Below are positions 26,530 to 40,595 of a stretch of DNA of 64,000 bases, piece after piece. The stretch comes from Lama glama. Its lineage: Eukaryota. The translations under genes and the position numbers were made by a program. The stretch covers positions 43,588,001 through 43,652,000 of the forward strand of contig CM052817.1 in the NCBI GenBank assembly GCA_028534125.1. Reading direction: 5' to 3'. Positions within the stretch are counted from its first letter, which is position 1. Every line of letters starts with the position of its first letter. The notes beneath the pieces are model-generated. The model saw only the letters and a program-made list of their open reading frames with translations. It ran no database searches and was not told where the DNA came from.

Positions 26530-27300
26530 GCAGGACTTTTTACTATCAATGCACTGAGCTGAGAGATGAGAACTGTAAACAAAAGGGCAGGGAATGTGCA
26601 GTCTGGTGAAGATACCATACGGGAAACAGTGAGGCATGAAACCCCAGGGGAGGATGAGGCGGAGGAGAGTGGAGCGGGGAGGAGGGAGGGAACATGAGAG
26701 CACCTAAATGAGGCATCCCTGAGTCAGGGCACAGCTTAAATGCTGCTCTTCCAACATTTAAGATGAGTGAGCTGAGTAAGGTTTCAACAGGTAAAGATGG
26801 AAGGAGGCTACCCCTGACTAAGGAAATCACATGAAAAAGGAACGGCCATCGGAAAGCACAGAGAATTCTGCAGCTAAGTACAGACACAACTAGAAAGATG
26901 GGGTAGGGCTGCATTACAGAGGTCTTTAAGGGCCAAGAGCCTGGACTTAATTTGGTAGTAAACAGGTACAAAAGGATGTGAGAAGGGAGTGAGCAAGATC
27001 AAAGTTAGACTTTGAGAAGACTAAAAAGGCTATGGTGATGTGCTGGAAAGAGACACCAGGAGCAGACAGGAGGGGACAGTTTCACAGCTGTATGCTTTTT
27101 TTTTTTTCCCTCTAGTCAGAGAGTGACAACAATGTGCTAGGCAAAATGGCGTGAGTCCAGTGGCGATCCTACGCGTGGATAGGGTGGTAGAGAAACTATA
27201 GAGGGAGCCCTGTGGAATCTGACAAAAATGTGGCATAAAGGTGGGAGAGTTAAGAATAGCTTCAACTCCAAAATGTTTTGTTGTGTGAAAAAGAGCAAGT
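26530..27300 (-). mobile_element. L2 LINE fragment
   Basis: 'aagggagtgagcaagatcaaagttagactttgagaaga' and related antisense L2 motifs. Confidence 0.65.
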
Positions 27301-27409
27301 TGCCCATTTCTAAGCATAGTATACTATATTTACCTAAAGGAAAATCATTAAGCATCATGCCATATATTTCGCACGGTTTGTAAGGATGCATAGAGAACAC
27401 ATAAAGAGA

Positions 27410-27520
27410 TGGTAGGGAACAATGAGTTAGTGACTCTTGAGCCAGAGTGCATGGGTTCAAATCCCAGTTCCGGTAATTACTGGCTCTGTGGCCTGGGGCC
27501 AACCACTTCACCTCCCTGGG
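27410..27520 (+). mobile_element. MIR SINE 5' part
   Basis: 'gactcttgagccagagtgcatgggttcaaatcccagttcc...tggctctgtggcctgggg'. Confidence 0.8.
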
Positions 27521-27856
27521 AGGGTGAGGCAGGAGAGCCTAAGGAAAGCGGAGATGTGGGACAGCAGTCATCCAGGGATTTTTTTTTTTATTAAGAAAAT
27601 ATTGTTTGCCAGTAGTGAGCGTTCAGCTGAGGTTAGATTTCATTGTTTTCAAGGTACCAAATCAGAGCAGAAGGAGGGCCAAGTAAGTTCAAGCTGATGG
27701 TAGGCAAGTAAAGGCTGGCAGGAGGAGTCCTGAGCCCTAAAGTGGCAGCTGGCTTACTTTGAACTGGAACGTGACTAAGGCTGGTAGAAAGGAAGGTAAA
27801 GACAGAGTTTAGAAATGAAAAAGAGAACTGACAGAGTGGGCTGGGATGCTGCACGC

Positions 27857-27882
27857 AAAAAAAAAAAAAAAAAAAAAAAAAA
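27857..27882. repeat. Poly(A) tract, 26 nt
   Basis: Read directly from the sequence. Confidence 0.95.
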
Positions 27883-28224
27883 GAGACAATGAGGAGTTCA
27901 GCTGAGAGAGGGAGGAGAGCGACCTGGGAGAAGAACTCAAAAGCAAAGCAGTTTCAACTGATGACACAGTGTGGCCATGGAGTGGGGCCACCAGGGCAGT
28001 GAAGACGTTGGTCACCAAGATGAGCATACAAGCGGGGTTAGGACAGTGTCAGAGAGTTGATCACTGTGCCTTTAGTTCTCATCTCTCTAGACATCAGTGA
28101 TCACCATTACAATACAACAGATACGAACAACACAGAAAGAGGTGGAATGCAAACTGACTGCAAGACATCTTCCCAAAGTTTAATTTCAGGTGGCGTCTCC
28201 AGAATGAGTTTTTTCTTCTCTTCT

Positions 28225-28700
28225 AGTTCATTTCTTCAGCAAATAATTATTGTGCAAAACCCTGTACTGTCTGCAAGGGATGCAGATCTAATCTATGGCT
28301 CCAGCACTAAGGGGTTTACAACCTATCAAGGAGGATAAGAAAATAATTAGCAATTTTACAAGGGCTAATTAATAAGACAACAAATGATGTTACAAGGCAA
28401 TATGAAATGAAGTGACAAACAAATGATATGTGCTTACGAAGGAGAAATATCACTGTTGGTTGTTGGCTATCCTTTCACCCAGACATCTACCAAAGATTTA
28501 TTGAGCACTAACTACATGCCAGGCACTGTGCTAGCTGTACACTGGTGAACAGACAAACACAGATCTAGTCCTTAGCTTAGAGCTAAAAGATAGATAACAA
28601 ACAAATGCACAAATAGAGAGAGGCACATTGGGATTAACTGCTATGAAGGAAAAGAATGGGATGCTTTAGGAACAGAAGAACAGACAACACAATTGAGGAA
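28225..28700 (-). mobile_element. L2 3'-end fragments
   Basis: 'ttcatttcttcagcaaata...' and 'atttattgagcactaactacatgccaggcactgtgctag'. Confidence 0.75.
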
Positions 28701-28779
28701 TCTTGGAAGCTCAAGATGGCATTAAAAATACCTGAAGAAAGCACATGGCAATGTTTTGTTGTGTTCTATTAATTAATCA

Positions 28780-29010
28780 CACAGTATGTGTAAGGCTTAA
28801 CCAGCTCTCTTTCTTAGCTCTAATCCTCAAAATGAGTCTTGTTTAGATCAGTATTATCATCTCATCTTCATTTTATCAACAAGTAAACAGAGGCTTAGAG
28901 GAGTTAACCAACTTTTCCAAGGTCACAGCTAGTGAATGTTAGCGCCAGAATTCAAGGCAAGATCTGTGCAATTCCTGAACTGTGCGCTTTTTCCACTATG
29001 ACACACTGAC
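28780..29010 (-). mobile_element. MIR SINE
   Basis: 'aaacagaggcttagaggagttaa..acttttccaaggtcacagctagtga'. Confidence 0.8.
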
Positions 29011-29224
29011 TCTCACCTCAGAAGACGTCTGAAGTTACACTCTTTTGTTTGTGAAAATAAGTCTCTGAAGAAAAACTTTCCAGTATTAGCATAATTTATT
29101 GTTGCATTGGAAAATAGTTCCTTTACATAGCAGCTGGCATGATCTTTTCATAAAAGAATTTTCTGAGCACCTCTGTTGCTATTTTGCCAGCATCTTATCC
29201 AGTTTGAGAACTTGATAATAGCTA

Positions 29225-29480
29225 ATAATCATAATAATGAATATAATAACTAGAATTTAACATGCACCTACTATGTGCTAGACACTGCTTGGTGATGTCT
29301 GGGCATAGCCTTATTTAATCCTGGTAACAGTTCCGTGAAGTGGACATGACTCTCCCCGCTTGAGAGATGGCAGCTGAAGTTGAGAGATTAAGCACTTTGA
29401 CCAAAGTTACACTGGGCAAGCAGCGCAGCAGAGATCCAAACTCCAATATGGTACACTCACAATGCCATTCCCTGCACTAG
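29225..29480 (-). mobile_element. MIR SINE
   Basis: 'cacctactatgtgctagacactg...ttatttaatcct...gagagattaagcactttgaccaaagttacac'. Confidence 0.8.
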
Positions 29481-30959
29481 CCCATGAATTCCATGAGCCA
29501 AAATTAGCTTTGCTGTAGGGAGAAAGAACGGAGGTAAAACAATTTGCCCAAGGTAACATGCCTCGTGAAAAGCAGCCCCGTTGGGGAAACTGTAATTCCC
29601 GACTCCCCATTCACCTCCTGACTTCAGTAACTCTGTTTGGGCAAAGATGATGAATGTGTGATAATTGAGAAAAAATTACTTAATTCACTCCTGCATGGCT
29701 AAGTCAATTGTACTCAAGGAATAAAAGGGCAGCCTGCAGTTTGCACGTCCCTTGTTAGGCCTGTTGGATTTTCAAAACCCTTCTTGTAGTACACACAGCA
29801 GTCCCAGCCTAGATCACAATTTATATCTAAAGTTCCCACTGAAGAGCTGCCAACGTTAGTAAACTGACACTGCCTGGGTCCTTCTTTTATTCTGTCTTGC
29901 CAGACATCTTGCACACAAAGCACCCTCACAAAATCCAGCACGGTTCAGCCTGAACCAGACGCAGTGGCCTCCGGGAGAAAGCATCTCCAAGAATCTCTTA
30001 GCACCTGCCTTGCCTCTTTATCAAGGGCTGGCTCAGTCACCAGAGGAATTCAACATGTAACAGATGGGATGTTCAGCATCCACTTCTACCCACTCCTATA
30101 TGTACAAGAGAAAATAATCACAGGAGAACAAAAAAGTAGGGCAGCAGTCACAGCATTTTCAGGAACACTAAAATTATCCCCACTAGAAAACCAATATGGT
30201 ATAAGTCTCAGACAAAAAGTCCAATACCCTGATAACATGAAAAAATGTAGTGGACCGTAATAAAAAGGGCACTTTGCACATTGTGACTGTGCCTACCCAA
30301 AGAAAAGAGAATTTGAGGTTTCAGATTAGGTTTATATTTGCCAAACCATCACAGGAGAAAAAAGTAAAAATTCTATGTAAAAACAATTTTCAGTCTTTTT
30401 GGTAAACCCAGCATTCTTTAAGGAGTGGCTGAGGGAGAGGAATGTTCAGACACTGTCGCCTGTCTGAGTGAGCGCTGCAGGGCAAATGCAGAGAGCAAGG
30501 AGACGACCTGTGTAGAATGCTTCGGATGCAAATTCACCAGATGAACGCTACATAGTGTATTATTCCACATTCACGCAGCCAGAGGCCAATTACCAAGCAC
30601 TGAGTGTGGAGGAAGGTTGGTAATACCCATTCTAAATAGGTTGGAGACCCATAAAGAATCAGCTTGGAAATAGTCATCATTGAGCTTTTTTGAACTGTTA
30701 CAACTTAAATTGGCGATGAAAGAAAATGGAAACCCACAAAAATTAGAATCGGCTCAAAGAATCCTAATTCGTCTAGACCACAAATCACGTAAGAAACAGG
30801 TAATGCAGCATAACCACAGGCACCAGGCACAGCACTACGATCTGAGTTTATGAGTGTGAAAAGGAAGTATTTTAGAGGTATCCGTCCAATGTCACCAAGA
30901 TCAGTGGGTGTGCCCACACTCAATCACTACTCTCTGCATCAACTTGCTTATCTAAGGAG

Positions 30960-31190
30960 AGATTGCCTAGGTCAAAGCCCAGTGAACATAAGTCACGTGA
31001 ACTTATGTGAACTTGGGCAAATTACTTAAGCAACTTGTACCTAGGTCTTCTTATCTGGAAAATGGGAAAATAAATAGAACCTAATGCTTAGTGGGCTTTG
31101 TAACTATTAAGTGATTACACCTAAGGACTTGGAAAAGAGCTTCACACACAGTAAGTGCCAGCTAATGCTACCTGTGATTATAACTGATCG
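30960..31190 (+). mobile_element. MIR SINE
   Basis: 'tgtgaacttgggcaaattacttaa...ttcttatctggaaaatggg...cacagtaagtgc'. Confidence 0.8.
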
Positions 31191-31635
31191 TCATTAATAA
31201 TGATCAGTGGGAATCATTCTTATCAGTATTGATATTAAAGCTCTCTAGAGTAGAACTGCCCACACACCCTGGATTGCCCACCTTACTCTGAACTATTACA
31301 AAAAAACCTTTTTTCTTGCTTGAGTCACTAAATAGTAGGGTCTCTATAATACACTAATTTAGCCTGTACCACCAAATAGGTTTACTACATTGCATAATAA
31401 TCATCCTTTTATATATGTGTTTATCCTATGAGACTGTGTGCTCCCTGAAGAGGAACAGTCTTAATCAGTTCTGCTTTTGGCAATGAGCTCAGTGTTTTGT
31501 AGATGACAGAAAGTCAATACGTGTTTGATGATCTCAACTTTGTACCAAAACGAGTATCTGTGGACAGAGAAGATGGCCTAGAAAACTCGATTATGCTTGA
31601 GCTACCTTGACTTTACAAGTAAATGTATTATTTGT

Positions 31636-32047
31636 TGTATTAGCTGCAGTAGACTATACTGATAAAACCAAGAGATCCACTATGTATTGTGTTTAAGCAC
31701 AACAGAATTTCATGTCATGTTCCATTAATAATTCAGGGGAGATATTCTTGTTTGAAAGAGGGGCTCTGCTCTAGGCAATCATTTAGGAGTACAGGTTGAC
31801 AGCAGCTCTTACATCAATCTATGGCTTTCAAAGCCACCCTGGTGTGGCCAACCCAACCGCCAAAAGAGGAGGTTGGAAAAGCAAACCTGCTGGAGGTTTT
31901 GTGGATCAAGCCAGGGAGTGGCACATATTTTTCTACTCACATTCCATGAGACAGAATTCAGTCAAAAGATACATCTAACTGCAAGATAGGCTGGAAGATG
32001 TAGGAAGGGGAAATGGATTTTAGTGAACAGCTAGCAACCTCTGCCAG
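31636..32047 (-). mobile_element. MaLR solo LTR, MLT1J-like
   Basis: 'ctactcacattccat...cagaattcagtca...ctaactgcaagataggctggaagatgtag...atggattttagtgaacagctagca..ctctgcca'. Confidence 0.75.
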
Positions 32048-32716
32048 AGGTTGAAATTAATCCCTCTCCCTTTATTCAAAGGAACCACTACTTAAAACCT
32101 ATTTGGTGACTATTGAGAAAATTAAATATTCTTTAGAAAATAGTTTTGATTTACTAAAATTCTGTAGTCAAGATATAATTTCTCCTCTAAACTAGCAGGA
32201 AAGAAGTTTTGAGATTAATTATTCAACCATAAACTCTTTGTTTCTCTTGCTTAATTAAAATACCTTTTGCTCTCTTTGTGTGTATAAATATAAGTGGTGA
32301 TCAAAAGGAAAAATATCAGATTAGTCTGGATCTAACCACTGCCACCTCACCCTTCAAGGCTTAGTAGACAATTTCAGCCTACATTTGACTCCTGCTTTTC
32401 TGTGTCCTGTAGTTCTCACAAGTCTCCATCCCAAAGAAAAAAACTGATGGTCTTGAAATGTTTTCTGTTTTAATATATGAGCCTTAATTGCTTAACCACC
32501 TTGCCAGATCCTCAAGAGTATCTTTTATTTTATGTTTCTCTGGAAAGTGAAAATGGTTCTGTAAACTGCAAAGCTCCTTCCACATAGTCAAGTGCTATTC
32601 TTTCTTTTATATTTCTTTTAGTACCTAAGCACTGTGGTAGCTATTTAAATAACAAATTAGATCACTTATTGGTTTAACAAAAAGTTAGAGCTCAAAGAGG
32701 CCAGTAAGTCAATTAA

Positions 32717-33214
32717 TTATAGCAAAACAGGCTGTAATTTTTCACTCCCCTCTGTTTCCATGCCTTTTCAATAAGACTTTGGAGTCTGTTTCCCCATCTC
32801 TTGAATCTGGGCTGGCCTTGAGATTTTGCTTCAGCCAACAGAAAGCAGTAGAATTAACAGGCTTAAAGAGGCCTCATATGTCCCAAGGTTCACAGTCTTG
32901 AGACACATCCTTTGGCTGAGAAAATAAGCCCAGACTAGCCTGCTGGATGATGAGATGTATATGACATTCTCATCTTGTTGCTCCGTTAAGAGCCAGCCAT
33001 TGGAGAGGCCACTCCAGAAGAGCCAATCCCTATGCCAAGCTGCTAGGTGATGGCAGAGGCACCAGCGGGCCCAATCAAGACCAAGCAAGCCTGGCTCATG
33101 TTAGCAGGATTGCCCAGATGACCCGTATCTACCTCCTGAGCAATAACAAATGCTTATTGTTTAAAGACACTGATGTTTGGGGTGGTCCGTTACACAACAG
33201 TAACTACCTAATAT
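32717..33214 (+). mobile_element. MaLR solo LTR, MLT1H/G-like
   Basis: 'ggagtctgtttccccatctcttgaatctgggctggccttg...aagcccagactagcctgctggatgatgaga...tgcttattgtttaaagacactga.gtttggggtgg'. Confidence 0.8.
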
Positions 33215-34802
33215 GGACAATTTACTATTATCTACCACAGCCCTTCATTTTTCAGATGAGTCAACAGAGTCTTGATCAGAAATGTAACAAAAGCAGACAC
33301 TAAAAAAGCTAGGATTATAACTCAGGTCTTCTAATTTAGCAGTTTGATGTGCTTTCTATGAAAACAAATATTTTGCTCCAATTCCAAGATCTTTGGAGTT
33401 TTTCAAGTCAACTTAACGATAAGGTCCAATAAGAGCTGGACACTGGAGTGCCCCAGGTAGGAAATGTTGGAGCTTTTCATAAAACGAGATCATTTGAAAC
33501 ACCCTATAAAATGCTATAAAAAGAAAGGCAAGGTATCCTATTGTATGCCTGGGACATTGATAACAGTATTTGATAAATTTTTACATTGTCAAAAGAAAGG
33601 TCACTGGGTCAGATTTATCATACCTTTAGGTCAGGAAGCTCTGATTTTTACCTGAACATTAACCATTCTTCAAAAACAAGGGAGTGGTAAGGGGGATGAA
33701 TTCCACCATAATTAATGCTCATCAATTCTTAGAGCATCAAGAGAATTACTCCAGAATTTGTCTTTTTAATTTGTATTCTGACTTAAAGGACTGAGGCTCG
33801 AAGGGCAGAAACCTTGACTTTTCTTATTAGTATATTCAATTCCCATCACCTGGCACTGGGCTTGAATGAATGAATAACTGCATGAATCTTAAGCAGATTC
33901 TGATCTTTAAGAAAACTTTAAGAATAGGTTCAAGAAGATAGGAGTTTTGAGAAATAACTTTAGACTGGTTTTAAGCCGATGAATCAGGAAAACAAGGTGT
34001 TACTTTTTAAAAGACCTACATAAAAAAAATAGGACAAAAAAAGAATGAGAAAAATATTATAAAGCTTTTAAAACGAAAAAGGTATTAACTATGCTAAGCC
34101 CATGTTTAAATACAACTTCATTAAAATACTCCACTTTCCATAATAAAAAATGAGATTTTAAATAGCCTTTAGATCCCTTCTGTAGAAAAGTTGTTATACG
34201 GTAATAACTTACATTTATATAAGGTATTATCTCAGGTAAGATTTTTTTTCCCTTTAGAATAATTTTAGTGTTTTACATAAGTACTAAATTTACACTAGCA
34301 TTTTAATAAAATCAAAACCTCTCTAAATCTTTTCCTACATCTTTCTTAACATTTCATGAAATTTTAAAAGGATTAGTTGTATTAATTGGTCATAAATGCA
34401 GTTTCTGTTCCTTATGTTATATTCTTTAATCTGTCCTGATTCAGAATTTTTATTACTCTAAAGCATTATGAATGGCACTGGAATTACACACACACCACTT
34501 TAAAAATATCCCTTTTACAGTGTTTCAAGCAACACAGACTGCCCCACCCTCTCCAATGGAAAATGATGAGCATCTCATACAAAGCTGTTCCTGCCTTCCA
34601 CCCTTAAAATCCATTTTAGCCTAAAACCTAGCTATTTGCTCCACCACATCCCCTCGCAGACCACCGACTTAATATCTGTCCTCAGGAACTCTGACCTGAA
34701 CTGCCCCTCTTGCCTTCTGTGCCCAGTGCAGGAACCTACATCTATCTTCAGCCTCTCAGAACTCAACTCTTGCTCCAGCCGGGTGGCCAGTGCAATCCCC
34801 AC

Positions 34803-34888
34803 CTGGGGGATATTGGAGGTTGGACAAGCAGAGCTTCATTCTGCTGCCATCTTTGTCAGACGTGACCATGTACAACTGGTTCGTGTCT
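34803..34888 (-). other. Candidate internal exon (86 nt) of an unidentified minus-strand transcript
   Basis: Minus strand: acceptor 'cattttttccttttggtgcag|AGACAC', donor 'CCCCAG|gtgggg'. Unique sequence. Only one reading frame is open. No transcript evidence. Confidence 0.3.
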
Positions 34889-36254
34889 CTGCACCAAAAG
34901 GAAAAAATGAATTGAACTCCCCACACTGTTCAGGTTGGAGAGGTAGGAGAAAAGGAAACCTCCTCTTACAGTCTGACCGCAAAAGGAAAGCGAAATATTT
35001 TTGTCAGTATTGGAGTTAATGCAGGAAATCGTATGTCACATTGTGACTTGAGACTAACTTTTCCAAAGAAGCAATAAGAAACCACAGCACTACAGATCAG
35101 CCCCAGTACGGGTTACAAAGATTTGTGGATTAGAATGGAAACCTAACCCTCATTCATCATAATTTAAAATATTGTTCCCTTAGCAACGCAGTGGAGAACA
35201 GTGGAGAAGAGGGTTTGCATTCTGAGGACCAAACAACTTTCAGAAAGTGCCCATGACTTAGAAAGAAACCAGTCCCTACATTATAATCTCTGCTAATAAA
35301 ACCATTATAAATATCATCCTCTCTTGGAATAATTAGGTAACTAATTAACTGGCTCCGGGAACATGTGGAATTTTTGCCCTGAAAATTTAATTAAAATAGA
35401 TTTTTTTTAAATAGTGAGAGATATTTGTCAATTTTTCTAACAATAGAGAGAAAAAGACAAAATTTTCAAGGACTAAGAAATATAAATTATGAAGGTGTAC
35501 ATTTATGTAAATATAAGTGTCTAACCACATAAATTTACCCATAAAAAGATGAATAAAAATGGAATGAGAAAATGTGAATAAAATATTTTTTATGAGTTGG
35601 GCAGTGTTCCAAGAGTCTCCATTAAAATAGTGTCTTTACTATCTTTTCTATCATCTGAGTTTGGGCTGTGTTTCCTAGAGACAAGCAGTCAGTGAAATTG
35701 TGTGTCATCTGCCTGTTGCTTCTTGTTTAATACCACTTCAAGTACCAGGGCCTCTTAGCCTGCATGCTCGATCCTAGAAAAGGTTAGAGAGGAGAAAAGA
35801 TGACCCCACAAACTGTTTCCTAGCAAGGAGCTCTACAAACAATTGGAATACTTCTCGGAACTTAACTTTTCTCAGATAATTCCATTTTATGGTTCCTCCC
35901 AATACCGGATGGTTTACACTGACAGAGCAAGGAACCAAAACCGTGTCTTCCCTTCCCTAGGGAAAAAGTCACTTCAGACTTCAGAATTAACCAGCTCTGG
36001 AAAGACTCTTCTGTCTGACAGCCTCAGGAGAAATAACTTGGGTTTCCAAAGTTATCAGATAAAAGCAAAACTTCCACCTAACTGGCAGTGACAGAAATGG
36101 AATAAATGTAACAACAATGACAATGGCAGCCAGACAGAATTTACAAGATCCCCTACACTGAAAATGCTACAGCTGAGAGAGATTTGTGTTTTTGCAATCA
36201 TTTAAAAGGACATTTTTCCTCAAATGTAACCCATCACATTCAATGTTCACTTAC

Positions 36255-36301
36255 AACTGTGAGATACTGCTTCCTGTTTCCTCAGAAAGGACAGTGGGTG
36301 C
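36255..36301 (-). other. Candidate exon (47 nt, or the 3' end of a longer exon)
   Basis: Minus strand: consensus intronic donor 'CAGTT|gtaagt' and acceptor 'ttgctgttgttttgcactgcag|GCACCC'. Confidence 0.25.
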
Positions 36302-37071
36302 CTGCAGTGCAAAACAACAGCAATTCTGGATCCAAAAAATAGTTCTTCTTGTACCATTTCTATCTCTTCCCAGGAGAACGAACAACAGGATGGAAGGATA
36401 TAATCATAAATTCCCGCTGAAGCGGAACATGGTCCCGACTTAGTGCTATATCCCATGTCTGCTGATCGAGAAACATCTTTCTTGTGGATTCCTTTTAGGC
36501 ACAGGAGCAAAACCTGCTTTTTCTTCAGCAAGAAGTCAAAGTCAACATCACGAAAAATAGTGTTAAAGGACAAGATTAGAGACACACTAAGAACAAGTAC
36601 ATTTCCATGTCAATAAATTAGCTGTTCGCATATTTTTTGGCTACAACTTGATACTTATGCTTTTCTATATTCGATTACCAAGGCTTGGAAAATTCATGGA
36701 ATTGAGAACTGGAAAGTGGATGAGTAAATTCATCACCAAATTCATATATGGAAGACAAAAGATCCTTTCAGCATCTTCTTACCAACAGCCTCAATTATCA
36801 CTATAAAATTTCTGTCTTGTTTTACCCTACAAGGTAGATGGCAAAGAGAAGTCTCCTCATTTTACAGAAAGAGGTTAATGGTACCAGACAAAATTTTTAA
36901 AGCTGAGATTTCGTACAAGAGCATTTCCTAGGGCCGGGTTTATAAACCTTATTCTTGATAGATGATGTAGACATGCTCAACATACTCCCAATAAGGTACC
37001 GAGATTTTTTTTATCAAAAAAAAAAACCTTATAATAAAGTAAATAACACTGAAGATGCTTTATCTGAAACA

Positions 37072-37300
37072 ATAATAGGTAATATTTACTGAATTCTTAT
37101 TCTGAGCCAACTATTCTGTCTAGATTACTCAGTTTAATCCTCAGTCCTCTAAGGTAGGTGCTCTAATGATTCCCATATCACAGGTGAGAAGATCAAAACA
37201 TAGAGAATCTCTGGCTTGCCCAGATCACAAAGCTTGTATGTGGCAGAGTCAGAATTCAAACCCAGACCACCTCAATCTAGAGCCACACTCTATCTACAGT
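37072..37300 (-). mobile_element. MIR SINE
   Basis: 'atatttactga...tttaatcctca...aggtagg...cccatatcacaggtgagaa...cttgcccagatcaca...tggcagagtcagaattcaaacccag'. Confidence 0.85.
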
Positions 37301-37789
37301 GATGTAAAACAACAGAGTTCACGTATGGGCACTGGCTCGCTTACTAGTATAACCTATGGATTAGGTATCTGTAAAACATAAATTCTTATTAAAAAGAAAA
37401 AATATATTTTTCTCAATTAAAACAACCCTATTTCTTTCCTTTTCTTATAAAACATCTTTTTACATCTTTAAGTGGCTTGCGCTTGCATCTGGGTAACAAA
37501 ATAAGCCATTGAAAGATTATCAGAAATGCTGCTGTATTAAGAAATAAAATGTTCTAATTTAAATAAATAAACCCCACTTTATTGTTTTACATTATAATGC
37601 AAAGGATGCTCAAGTGTCTAACATTATTAATAATACTAGGATTATTACAAACTTTTTAAACATATCACTTAGTTTACTTTTGATTTAGCGATTAGTTAGA
37701 AATAGCATTTATTCTGATGCCGATGTAGACAAAGGAAGCAGCCAGTGTCTATGAAAACAGTGTTGTGGGGGTAACAGCAAACTGACATG

Positions 37790-38040
37790 CATAAGCCCCA
37801 CCTAATAAGCAAGACTTCTGAACACATCCAGATGACCGTTGCCACGGGATTACAGGCCCAAGGATCCCAAACCTTCTAAATGTTCAAGAGAGTTTAGAAA
37901 TCCAGATTTTATTATGAAATCTCCATGATTTGATATTTTGGCAATTGACTCAAGTTTTCTTAAATACCATGAGAGATAAATAAAACATGTCAGTAGATTA
38001 TTTGGCCTAAAATCCTTATGGCCCATGAAACCAGTGTGTT
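37790..38040 (-). mobile_element. MER102-like hAT-Charlie element
   Basis: 'gttgccacgggattacaggccca...ttcaagagag..agaaatccagattttt..atgaaatctcc...ttggcaattgactcaa' resembles reverse-complement MER102. Confidence 0.65.
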
Positions 38041-40441
38041 CATACTAAGGGAAATATTTAAAACATATTTCTTTTTCATGGTCAGTGGAGATATAGACAC
38101 ATTACTCAGGCTTTCTTCCTTTATTCTTGCCTTCCTCCTTATTAAAAATTTATCCATGGGTAAATTAAAAACTATAAAATCGCAAATCACATGCACTATA
38201 AATAAATGTAATTGCCACACTGATTAATAGAAATAGATACGTACTCTGAGTTGTAGAGTAGATAAGAGAGGCTGGAGATTATGTGTGATCCCTAAAGCAT
38301 TCTTTCTCTCTCATGAAAAAAAAAAACACTTTAGATGATTATGAATGAGCATAGTAATAGAGGAATAATTGCGAACTAGTTGTAAATTACTTTTGAAGGT
38401 AAATCATACCAAAAATGTGTCATATTAATCATTACTGCAAACTTAAAACCCTACCATCCAGAAACCATGATCCACACGGTCCTGAAACAATGTCACATTA
38501 AAACTTAGAGCCCTAACAAGAATTTCCATTTCCTCTTGCATTTCTCACAACCATCTAAAGGAGTTCCAGAACAGAGCCCACAGCAACCTCAAAATCCTAC
38601 CTTAGATTATTCTCAAACAACCCCCAAGTCACAGGAGCCACTTGCTGTCCCATTCCAGAAAAACCCTCCCTCTTAGCCACACCATCATACCTTTTCTGCT
38701 TTTCTAAGTCACTTCTCTCGAAACCTTTCATGCCCATTCTTCTTACTCCCATTACATCAAGCTCCCCTCCCATTAAGCCCCAAAGGAGTTAGTTTGTACT
38801 CCAACTTGATTGTTTTCCTCTCAAAAATGCATCCATTGAGTTTTGTGCTTCTTTCTCAGAAAAGAAGGACTTTGAAAGTCTATGAACACACACATACTGG
38901 TAAGTTTTGCCCCATTACACATTGATTGCTCACAGAATGCTCTGATATGTGATTGAAAACCTCTGCCCTCAATGTCAAGGAGCTCCTGCTACTCAAGACA
39001 GTCATGTCTAGTTTAAGGGCTTTGGTTAAACTCTCCCAGACAACATGCAGTGATTCCAACTGCTGTTCGGGGCTGCTCTCCACCAAGACTGGTGCCCAAG
39101 GCCAAAACACAGTGATCATAACTTTAACAGCTTATCAACACAACAGCCATTCTCCACTACGAGAATGAAATGGTAATGGCATAGCTAACTGGACCAGCGA
39201 AGCCAACAGCCAGCCTACTTTGGGCAAAGAGGTCATGTGAGGTACCAGAAAGTAAACAAAAACTTAGCTTTGCTACAAAGAACTGAGATAAAAGAATCCA
39301 AGTGCCATTTGTCTTGAGCATATTCTTTATGGCAGCAAGTCTAAAAACACAACAAGTGATGTATTTTCAAGGTGAAATAGAAATATTTTGTTTATTGATT
39401 AAAATGTATGCATGGGAATTTAATTCGACTCTTGCTCGAGCACCATAGCTGGTGATGACCCTCTTCACTCAGCAGAGCTTAAAGAAGAAACTTCCACAGA
39501 GCAATCAGAGCAGACCGAGCAGCTGGAAAGGCCAATCTAGAAGGGGTGGCCAGGACCCAGATGTCAGAAAAGGGAGGGTGTGGGCATGCATCGAAGAGTG
39601 TCGCCACAGCGGTACCCTGATGAAAAAACGGCTGAGCTGAAACCACATTTGTCTCAGGCCTCAAAAGTGATTGTTAGATATTTTTCACTAATGGTGTAAC
39701 ATTTAGAATCAGTCGATTCAACTCAATCATTTGAAAGGCCTCCTTAAAACAGAGGTCATTTTTCAGACTGCTGAAGCCACCTGAGGACAATGCCTTGTTT
39801 AAGTACTGGAAAAGCCACTGCTTCTTTAGAGAATCTTACACATAAGCTAAATCCAGGTATTCATAATACAAAACTACCCCCACTGAGTGGGTGGGCATCA
39901 CTGTTTCCTCTGGTCAAGAGGGCAGGCTCTGGCTACCAAAGAGGCAGTCACAAAACAAAGCAGATGGAAGCAAATTGTGTCATTGGCTTGTTTCATTACT
40001 AGCCCTGCTGAAGATTCAGAAAGAAAATAAAATACATTAGTGTTTTAAGTCACCACTACAGATCTTGTCAAAGAGATGGACAGTGATATCAAAAGAGATG
40101 AGAACTTTGGGTTTAAACAACACACAGCTTCAGATATGGACGTAAAAGCTTTGTGAATATTTTACACCTGCTAAGCTCACAAAATGAACCTGAGAAATTG
40201 TTCATGACCCTCTACCATTTTTCAACTTGGTCCCAACCTACAAAAAGAGAGCCTTCCACTTCCACCCTCTGAATGCTCTCATGAACAATTCTTTGGAATC
40301 AAGCTTTGACTAAGATTCCAGGGGCCCAGAAATAGGCGAAGGCGAAGGAACTGTGGATTCTATTTTAGAACTGGCCAGCCAGCAACAGCATCATGAAACA
40401 AAGGGAGAGCTCGCCAAATGAAAGAATTACGTTGTTTGCTG

Positions 40442-40442
<1 letters not shown>

Positions 40443-40476
<34 letters not shown>

Positions 40477-40488
40477 GTGTGTGTGTGT
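40443..40488. repeat. (TG)n microsatellite, interrupted once
   Basis: (TG)16, one extra T, then (TG)6. Confidence 0.95.
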
Positions 40489-40595
40489 TTAAACTCTAGC
40501 TGCTTGGCAACTCTCCTAGATCACAGCTTTGGGAAAGAAACGTATCTCCCGGATGAAAAATGAGCTAACAGAGATCCCCTTGATGGCCGTCTCAC

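Noticed and set aside
36247..36585. 112-aa minus-strand ORF in unique sequence
   Set aside because: Not recognised as a protein. It reads through the candidate donor to a stop, and splicing from that donor to the 34888 acceptor in this frame creates an immediate TAG. Kept only as a possible non-coding exon.
39450..39540. Protein-looking peptide GDDPLHSAELKEETSTEQSEQTEQLERPI on +
   Set aside because: Short, ends in a stop, and has no acceptor or start context.
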